Positions 57,591 through 64,000 of a stretch of 64,000 nucleotides of DNA are shown piece after piece; position 1 is the stretch's first letter, and every line of letters starts with the position of its first letter. The stretch is taken from positions 77,324-141,323 of the forward strand of contig JAFRKQ010000021.1 in the NCBI GenBank assembly GCA_017431625.1, in the 5' to 3' direction. The notes beneath the pieces were generated by a model, which had not been told where the DNA came from, made no database searches, and saw only the letters and a program-made list of their open reading frames with translations. The DNA comes from a bacterium. GTDB taxonomy: Bacteria; Patescibacteriota; Microgenomatia; UBA1400; PJMF01. A program made the position numbers and the translations under genes.

Positions 57591-57911
57591 TTAGAGTACG
57601 AAGCCTTTAATAGTTTCACCTTCATTTATAAAGACAATTAAATTAGTGGCGTTGGCCGTAGTAATGACTGTTCCATTAACAGTCGCCCCTGAAAAACTCG
57701 GTGTTGCGCCTGAGGTTGAGATTTTAAGCCGCAAAAGTAGGACCTGTCCTGTGGGTAAATTAGCAGGCGACAAATTAAAAGTCGTGTTGGCAGATATTGT
57801 CGCACTCAAGCGATTACCAGATTTAATGCTAACCGTCGCGGTGTTGTTGGCAACCTCAACGGTTTTGAAATTAGTGTCAAATGCTTGTGGGGTTATATAT
57901 GATTTCGCCAT
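57591..57911 (-). CDS. Small phage structural protein (106 aa, beta-rich)
   Basis: Start corrected to MAKSYITPQ (RBS gagggg). Confidence 0.4.
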   Translation of the reverse strand: MAKSYITPQAFDTNFKTVEVANNTATVSIKSGNRLSATISANTTFNLSPANLPTGQVLLLRLKISTSGATPSFSGATVNGTVITTANATNLIVFINEGETIKGFVL

Positions 57912-57960
57912 AATAGCCCCTCTTATAGTTGTTTTAACCCTTTTGTCAAGCGCGAATGGC

Positions 57961-57988
57961 TTGACAAAATCGCTCAAATAACTATAAA
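57961..57988 (+). promoter_or_regulatory. Phage promoter-like element copy 3 (TTGACA-16-TATAAA)
   Basis: ggcTTGACAaaatcgctcaaATAACTATAAa. Sits in the divergent region between the lysis/fibre minus block and the head module. Confidence 0.55.
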
Positions 57989-58014
57989 AGGCCCTGTAAA
58001 ACAGAAAGGCAACA

Positions 58015-58236
58015 ATGGCTAATCAAACCAACGATTCCAAAAATAAACGCACACAAGAGATGGCAAACAAACAAGCATCACCAGCTCCTCAAACTCCAGC
58101 CAAACAACCAAAACATATGTGTGTCGTTTGTGCCGCCAAAAAGGGCCTTTCCTTGAAAAAGGGTCATTATAGCGAGGTCTTATGTGAGTTTTGTGGTGAG
58201 CGTCACACGGGAGGATTAGAGACAGATTTTGAGTAA
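58015..58236 (+). CDS. Small zinc-ribbon protein (CxxC…CxxC)
   Basis: CVVCAAKKG…CEFCGERH. RBS gaaagg. Confidence 0.4.
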   Translation: MANQTNDSKNKRTQEMANKQASPAPQTPAKQPKHMCVVCAAKKGLSLKKGHYSEVLCEFCGERHTGGLETDFE

Positions 58237-58241
58237 AGATT

Positions 58242-60131
58242 ATGAGTGAGACTAAAAAATCATCGGTATCAGTGCAGACGCTCAAAGAAAACTTTGAGGT
58301 GTCACGTCAGGCATTTAGTGTATACAAAGGCAAGCTTTCAGAGCGCGAGCGCTATCTTTACGGTAAGCCAATGGAGCGCACAGCTCAAGAAACCGCGGAC
58401 AACAAGCCTAATGTCAATGATCCTCGGCTTTTTAGTCAAACGTTTGAACGCTCCATTCGGGTTATGTCCCAGCTGGCCACTGGCAAATTCAAGGGAGTCT
58501 CGAGTGACGATATGGGCAAAAATTTACTCATGAACTTAATCCTTGACCGTTATGTCATTCCTAATGCCAACTCTCAGTATGATTTCTTAACCAAACTACG
58601 CCTAATCGACTGGTACTCACTCGCTTATGGCTGTATGGTGGCGCTCGTGGACTGGATTGTAACACCAAACTATATTGGGCCAGAGTTGTTTTTAATTCCC
58701 ATCCGTAATGTCTATCCGCAACCTGGTGTCAGTTTCCATGACATGTCTTGGTGCCAGATTGTAACAGATGTGGACAAATCTTTCATTCAAGCTAAAAAAG
58801 ATCAAGACGGTTGGCAGAATATTCCAGAGTTTTTGGATCTAGTACAAGACTCCAGCGGTGATAGTTTGGCAGATAAACCGCCAGATGAAATGTCGCTTAA
58901 CGATAATGAAGCTGGCGGCCTAGCCCAAAACTCAAAGAAATTTCCGCGTTTCCGTCTAATTACCGAATACAGACGCGATCGTTGGATTACATACGCTCCC
59001 AACCAAAATCTGGTTCTGCGAGACATTCCCAACCCCCACGAAAATGACAAATTGCCACTTGTTGCTAAATATTGTTTCCCGCAAATAGATTCCACTTTTG
59101 GTTTGTCTGAGGTGGAAATTTCCAGCTCGATGGCCGACGTGGTCAATTCACTGTACAATCTGGCGATTGAAGATGCTCACATGCAACTATTTCCACCTAT
59201 GGCTATTGACCCAACCTCAGTTGCGCCTTGGACAATTAAATTCAGACCCGGTGAACGCTGGATGCTCAACAACCGCCAAGCGCGCGTGCCTGAACTTTTG
59301 CCCACTTCCAATCGTGGAGCAACCTCAGCCTTGGAAATGCGACAAATGGCGATTGGGTCACTTCAGACTTTGGCTGGGACTTCTGACACCACGGTCAAGC
59401 AAGGTGAGGAAGCATCAATGGGTAAAACCCCACAGGCGCTTAAAATGCAAGAGGCTAGGCAGTCAACCCGCGATGAATTTGACCGTTTTTGCATGGAACA
59501 GTTTATATCCGAAGTTTATTCGCGCTTTGCCAATTTAATTGTCAAAAAAATGCCCAAGGAGATTGCCTTGAGACTTTTTGAAACAGAAATTGAGCAATTG
59601 ACCCAATACTATCCGGACATTAGAGAATTGGTTGAACAAACAAACCATCTCTCCAACACTAGTGGCACTAAAATTCCGGCGAAGTTTTTCCAAAATTATA
59701 TTTTTGACTACGAAATTACGCCTGGTAGTACCTACAAAATTGACCAACAAACTCAGGCTAGTAATCTACAATTTATCCTCGAGATGGCGCAAAATCCGAC
59801 CATTAAAGAGGCCTTGGAAGCCTCGGGCAAACGTTTGGATATTGCTGAGACTATCAATAGACTGCTGATTAACTCCGGTATTCAAGACTCAGACAAAATC
59901 CTCATTGATATTCCTCAAGAAACAGCGCAAATGCCAGCCACACCAGAAGCAAGCCAACTGATTGGTGACCAAACCCAACTGTCAATGCCACAACCACAAC
60001 CCGAAGAGATGCCGCAACAAATGCCGGCGGCATATCCAATTCCCACGCAACCGGAAAACACTCAAGGTCCTGATCCACAAATTGAAGCCATGCGTCAAGC
60101 AATAAATCAACGAGCAGGAGTAGTATCATGA
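58242..60131 (+). CDS. Putative portal (head-tail connector) protein with Gln/Pro-rich C-terminal extension
   Basis: 629 aa, directly upstream of scaffold-like and capsid-like genes. No diagnostic motif. Confidence 0.4.
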   Translation: MSETKKSSVSVQTLKENFEVSRQAFSVYKGKLSERERYLYGKPMERTAQETADNKPNVNDPRLFSQTFERSIRVMSQLATGKFKGVSSDDMGKNLLMNLILDRYVIPNANSQYDFLTKLRLIDWYSLAYGCMVALVDWIVTPNYIGPELFLIPIRNVYPQPGVSFHDMSWCQIVTDVDKSFIQAKKDQDGWQNIPEFLDLVQDSSGDSLADKPPDEMSLNDNEAGGLAQNSKKFPRFRLITEYRRDRWITYAPNQNLVLRDIPNPHENDKLPLVAKYCFPQIDSTFGLSEVEISSSMADVVNSLYNLAIEDAHMQLFPPMAIDPTSVAPWTIKFRPGERWMLNNRQARVPELLPTSNRGATSALEMRQMAIGSLQTLAGTSDTTVKQGEEASMGKTPQALKMQEARQSTRDEFDRFCMEQFISEVYSRFANLIVKKMPKEIALRLFETEIEQLTQYYPDIRELVEQTNHLSNTSGTKIPAKFFQNYIFDYEITPGSTYKIDQQTQASNLQFILEMAQNPTIKEALEASGKRLDIAETINRLLINSGIQDSDKILIDIPQETAQMPATPEASQLIGDQTQLSMPQPQPEEMPQQMPAAYPIPTQPENTQGPDPQIEAMRQAINQRAGVVS

Positions 60132-60466
60132 CCAACGCGATCGTCCCAGATTTTGCAGTGGCGGCAAAAATCAAAACCGAAAGGCGGCAGCGCCTTGAAG
60201 CCGCTCTAATTGCTAGTAAGGATGGACCCACCAAGACGGACCAAGAAATTGCCAAGCTCGCACTCACGCCTGGTTGGGAACATATCGAAGACTTTATCAG
60301 CGAGCAGATTGAGGGCTTACACTCAATGGTGGGCCAAGCAATAAGCAGTGGTGCCAGTTTCCAAGAAATCGGCGAGCGAGCCACACTGGCTCAACTAGCC
60401 GGAGAAGAACTGCAAACGATAATTGATTTCGTCAAAGAAAGGGCCAAAAGTGTCGGACAAACTTGA
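60128..60466 (+). CDS. Hypothetical head-module protein
   Basis: Overlapping start/stop with portal-like gene. Confidence 0.35.
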   Translation: MTNAIVPDFAVAAKIKTERRQRLEAALIASKDGPTKTDQEIAKLALTPGWEHIEDFISEQIEGLHSMVGQAISSGASFQEIGERATLAQLAGEELQTIIDFVKERAKSVGQT

Positions 60467-60716
60467 ACAGCTACCAGATTACAAGGATGAACAAGCAGCA
60501 CTTGGCCAAGAAGGCATCAAAATCCCGCCTCTAAAAGAGCTGGAGAATCGGGTCAATGCTGATCCCAAACATCATCAGTGGCGACAAAAGGGGCCATATT
60601 TAGTTTGTAGTGCATGTAAGTCTCGACACGCCGTATATTTGGGTCTTGACAAAGTACTTAAAACAACTAAAAACAATGGTGAGATCGTTCTTGAAGCAAT
60701 AACGCCCCAGGAATAA
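60451..60716 (+). CDS. Small protein with CxxC zinc-binding motif (GTG start inferred)
   Basis: RBS aagaaaggg 8 nt upstream of GTG. …CSACKSRH… No ATG in frame. Confidence 0.3.
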
Positions 60717-60781
60717 TCTTGAAAACTTGGTGGCTCACGGCCAAGATGCAGTAAGCGTGGAGTAACAACAGAAAGGCGACA

Positions 60782-61717
60782 ATGGCAGAAAACGCTGAAA
60801 ATGTCCAGAATCTGGACCAAGACGGAGTAACTGGAGTCACGCCCCAGACAGATGACGGAAACGCACCGAGTGAGGAAACTCAAGCAGTGCAGCCAGAAGA
60901 AAGCGGCGACAAACCTCTTGAGGAAATGTCTCTTGAGGAATTGGAAGCCAAAATCCAAACTGGCGACGCGGAGCAGAAGGCAGACGGTGATAGGCAACAA
61001 ACAGATTCAAGCCAAACACCAGAAAAACCAACTACTCCACCGGCTCTTTTACAGCCAGATTCACCTGAAACCTCGCATAAGGCTCAATCGCGATGGCAGC
61101 AGTTGGCTAATTCCAATCGGGCAAAAGACGAAGAAATTGCAGCTCTGAGAGCACAAATTCAGTCTTTACAGACCAGGAATCTTAATATTCCCGCACCTCC
61201 GTGGGAAACTGATCCGACTGCAAGCGCAAAACCATTACCTTTACCAGAAGTGAAACCGGGAATGGAAATCACGCCTGAGATTTACAATCAGCACGTCCAA
61301 GCACAAGCTCAAGCAATTGCTCAGGGGCATATCCAAGCGGCCAAACTCCAAATGGAAGCGCAAGCAGCTAGGCAAGAACAAGCTCGCAGCCTTAACGAAG
61401 CTGTCAGCTATATCCGCCAAGCCTATCCAGAGCTTGATCCGAACTCACGGCAATACTCAAGAGAATTGGACGAAAAAGTGGGCACTTTGATTGAAGGGAC
61501 AATCAACAACAACCCGGCAGCACTGCGCAAGCAAGTGGACGCGATCATGGGGATGCGTGCCGCAACACTTAATACCGAAAGACAGCATCAGGAAATTAGT
61601 AAACAAGCAGCGCAATCTGCTTTAATTCCTGGATCGAGTATTGAGGAAAAGCCAATTGATTACAACGCATTAACGCTTGAGCAAATTGAAAAGATGGCGG
61701 GGACTGACGGCGAATAA
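60782..61717 (+). CDS. Scaffolding-like protein (acidic, coiled-coil, Gln/Ala-rich)
   Basis: Composition and position immediately before capsid-like gene. Conserved RBS acagaaaggcgacaATG. Confidence 0.45.
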   Translation: MAENAENVQNLDQDGVTGVTPQTDDGNAPSEETQAVQPEESGDKPLEEMSLEELEAKIQTGDAEQKADGDRQQTDSSQTPEKPTTPPALLQPDSPETSHKAQSRWQQLANSNRAKDEEIAALRAQIQSLQTRNLNIPAPPWETDPTASAKPLPLPEVKPGMEITPEIYNQHVQAQAQAIAQGHIQAAKLQMEAQAARQEQARSLNEAVSYIRQAYPELDPNSRQYSRELDEKVGTLIEGTINNNPAALRKQVDAIMGMRAATLNTERQHQEISKQAAQSALIPGSSIEEKPIDYNALTLEQIEKMAGTDGE

Positions 61718-61777
61718 TCTGGATGTGAAAAAGCCATTAGTAACTAGATACAGAGTAAATCTGTAGAAAGGATAAAA

Positions 61778-62716
61778 ATGGCAGTACAAACAACTGGAAC
61801 GCAAGCTATTAGCTCGCTGATGACCACTTACTATGATAAGCGTTTTTTGAAGCGACCGAATACGGACTTTGTTTTCCGTGATCAAGCAACTTTGCGCAAA
61901 ACGGTCAAGCTCAATGCTGGCAAAGTGGTGCAATTTGCCCGTTACACACCGCTGAGCGCGGCTACTACTCCGCTCACCGAGGGGTCGAGTGGCTCAGGCA
62001 CGAGCTTGGCTAGCGATAGCGTGACTGTCACCGCAAAAGAATATGGCAATTGGGTGGAAGTTTCCAATCTCCTTTATCTCACTTCAATCGACTCCAACTT
62101 TGCCGAAGCGGTGGATGTGGTGCGCGAGAACATGCACTTGACTCTGGATATGATCGCCAGAGATGAGCTTAAAGCTAATCTCCACGCCGAGTCACTGGGC
62201 GAAGCTTTGAGTGTGGCAGCCATCAAGGAGCTTAATCGCTATTTGAAGACTAAGGGCGCTTACAAGATGAGTGATGGCTATTATCACCTGATTGTTGGCC
62301 CCAATGCTGAGTTCGCACTCAAGAATGATCAAGATTGGATCAAGGCCAATGGTGTCGCTAACTCTAATGTCCAACACTTCAAAGACGGAGTGATTGGTCT
62401 TATTGATGGTGTCAAGGTGATTTACTCTTCCACCATGGAAGAGGGTGACGGTACTGGCCAAACTCCGACTTATCACTCGATCCTTTTGGGTGGTCATGCC
62501 TTTGGCGATGTGGATTGGGAGAAAGATCGTCCGCACTTGGTGTTTGACGGCCGCAACATCACCGCCGGTAAAGAATTTGTCCCAGGCAGTGGTGACAAAT
62601 CTGATCCGCTTAATCGCAAGCACACCCTTGGTTGGGCGGCTACGGCTGCTCCTAAGGTGCTTAATGCTAACTGGGGTATCTGCATCACCTCCACTCCTTA
62701 TACTTCCGGATCCTAA
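61778..62716 (+). CDS. Putative major capsid protein
   Basis: 312 aa after the scaffold-like gene. Strong RBS agaaagg. Followed by a stem-loop. Confidence 0.45.
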   Translation: MAVQTTGTQAISSLMTTYYDKRFLKRPNTDFVFRDQATLRKTVKLNAGKVVQFARYTPLSAATTPLTEGSSGSGTSLASDSVTVTAKEYGNWVEVSNLLYLTSIDSNFAEAVDVVRENMHLTLDMIARDELKANLHAESLGEALSVAAIKELNRYLKTKGAYKMSDGYYHLIVGPNAEFALKNDQDWIKANGVANSNVQHFKDGVIGLIDGVKVIYSSTMEEGDGTGQTPTYHSILLGGHAFGDVDWEKDRPHLVFDGRNITAGKEFVPGSGDKSDPLNRKHTLGWAATAAPKVLNANWGICITSTPYTSGS

Positions 62717-62731
62717 TTCGTACCTTTACAT

Positions 62732-62755
62732 CTGGCCCAAGGGAACTTGGGCCAG
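62732..62755 (+). terminator. 10-bp perfect stem with GGAA (GNRA) tetraloop just after the capsid-like gene; no U-tract
   Basis: CTGGCCCAAG-GGAA-CTTGGGCCAG. Confidence 0.35.
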
Positions 62756-62792
62756 AGAATAAAGGCAGGAATAAAGATAAAGAAAGGTAAAA

Positions 62793-63986
62793 ATGGCAAC
62801 ACTTTATACGGATTTGGTCAAGAGAGCCCAATCTGGAGCTAACAGCAATAGTAGTTACTCTCCATATCGAGATCAGATGGATAATGGTAGGCGTGATGGT
62901 TCGACTCAATATGCGCCGTCTTCACAATATACTCCAACTGCTTCAAGTACACAATCAAGACCACAAGCGAGTACTTCTTCGAGCAATCAAGCGCCATCTT
63001 TTGATGTTAAAAACCGCGATGCTAACCCTGGCGATGGGTACTTTTGGGATGCCGCCGACGGCTGGAAACAAATTAGCCAAAACGTCAGCAATGATTATGA
63101 CGCCCAACTTGAAGCCGCACGCAAAGCCGAAGAGGAACGACAGGCTCGACTACGCGCTGAGATTAACAATGGTTGGGATCAAGTGGACTCGAGACTTAAT
63201 AGCATTGCTGATCGCATCCCCACCCAACGCGATGAGCAAACAGAATCAATTGGCAATATGTATGATACTTCCGCCGGCAAGCTCAACACTGCCAGAGATT
63301 ATGCCAATTCACAAATTGATGCTAACCAAAAAACCACTCTCAATGATCTTTCTGATCGTCTGCGAGCAGCTTTGCAAGCAGGCAATACTTATTTGGGTGC
63401 GCGCGGCTCATCTGATTCATCGGCCAATGATCGCTACTCCACGGCTTTACTCAAGCAGGCCAACAAACAACAAGGTAACGTGATGATGCAGGCTGACAGT
63501 CAACGTTCATCAGTGCAAAACACTTATGACAACAACATGGCTCAACTTGACGAGTGGAAAAACACCAAAACCTATGAAGTAGGTCAGTGGTATAACGAAG
63601 CACTCAACAACATTGATCGCGAACGCGCTAATGCCAGTGGTGAGCGCGCCCAAGCTCTAGCTCAACTAGAAGCTAATTTGCACCAGCAGGCGTTGACGAG
63701 ACTGGCACAAATCGAAGACGCGGCCAACAGTTGGAAAAATTCTGTCAATGCCTGGTTGCTTGAACAACAAGGCAATACCAGTAATGGTGTGAATCTGCTT
63801 AATGCGACGCCACAAGCTCTCTCTTATGAAAACTTTGGCAATCTGCAAATGGGCAACCAAATCACGACACCAATCTTGGGAGCAAACTACAACGCCACAA
63901 ATGACGATGATAAAGCCGGTACCTCCAGCCTTTACTTTAACTACAACGCCGCCAATCCTGTCACCAATACTAAAATGACGTATTAA
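62793..63986 (+). CDS. Phage structural protein, Gln/Asn/Ser-rich (397 aa)
   Basis: Conserved RBS agaaaggtaaaaATG. Follows the capsid-like gene. Confidence 0.4.
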   Translation: MATLYTDLVKRAQSGANSNSSYSPYRDQMDNGRRDGSTQYAPSSQYTPTASSTQSRPQASTSSSNQAPSFDVKNRDANPGDGYFWDAADGWKQISQNVSNDYDAQLEAARKAEEERQARLRAEINNGWDQVDSRLNSIADRIPTQRDEQTESIGNMYDTSAGKLNTARDYANSQIDANQKTTLNDLSDRLRAALQAGNTYLGARGSSDSSANDRYSTALLKQANKQQGNVMMQADSQRSSVQNTYDNNMAQLDEWKNTKTYEVGQWYNEALNNIDRERANASGERAQALAQLEANLHQQALTRLAQIEDAANSWKNSVNAWLLEQQGNTSNGVNLLNATPQALSYENFGNLQMGNQITTPILGANYNATNDDDKAGTSSLYFNYNAANPVTNTKMTY

Positions 63987-64000
63987 AGAAAGGGAAGATG

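Larger units (their letters stand above)
38632..64000. mobile_element. Tailed-phage (prophage-like) region beginning immediately 3' of tRNA-Ser and running past the window end; no integrase in window
   Basis: Abrupt switch from housekeeping genes to HTH/replication/SSB/terminase/structural/tail-fibre/lysis/tRNA genes. Confidence 0.8.

Overview
The window has two parts. Positions 1-38631 are bacterial chromosome: a small-genome lineage with standard genetic code, many near-consensus sigma70 promoters placed for leaderless mRNAs, and gene content that fits a Patescibacteria/CPR-like or other Gram-positive-like organism (not resolvable from sequence alone). Positions 38632 to the window end (>25 kb) are a tailed-phage (prophage-like) region inserted directly 3' of tRNA-Ser(TGA). 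The host segment carries the 3' part of dnaE, dnaX, fpg, ruvC, gatCAB flanked by membrane-anchored FKBP and cyclophilin isomerases, an RND efflux pair (adaptor + AcrB-like), lepB, a LexA homologue, FemAB-like, pyrH and two histidine kinases. It also carries an ~11.5 kb cell-envelope/glycan island (two Wzx-like flippases, a sugar nucleotidyltransferase, a GT8 glycosyltransferase, a beta-helix secreted protein, a VTC + DUF4956 pair) bracketed by two direct copies of a ~60 bp element made of 12-bp TGCGGAGCTCGG units, followed by a DUF1704 protein and a membrane protein with a C-terminal AlbA_2 DNA-binding domain. The phage segment encodes an HTH protein, a replication-organiser-like protein, an SSB with a DIPF tail, a TerS-like protein, a large terminase split into ATPase and nuclease ORFs by an 831-bp insert, a BNR/FN3 structural protein and three tail fibres. 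It also encodes a tail-fibre-tip paralogue interrupted at a G8 tract, a Panacea/SocA-like antitoxin-domain gene with an unknown 151-aa partner (candidate new toxin-antitoxin/defence pair), three phage tRNAs (Gln-TTG, Trp-CCA, Met/Ile-CAT), a holin + CHAP endolysin lysis cassette, a His-rich collar/fibre protein, and portal-, scaffold- and capsid-like genes. No integrase, CRISPR array, rRNA or reverse transcriptase was seen. Many six-frame-track starts are alternative TTG/GTG codons; corrected starts are given where ATG/RBS/promoter context supports them.
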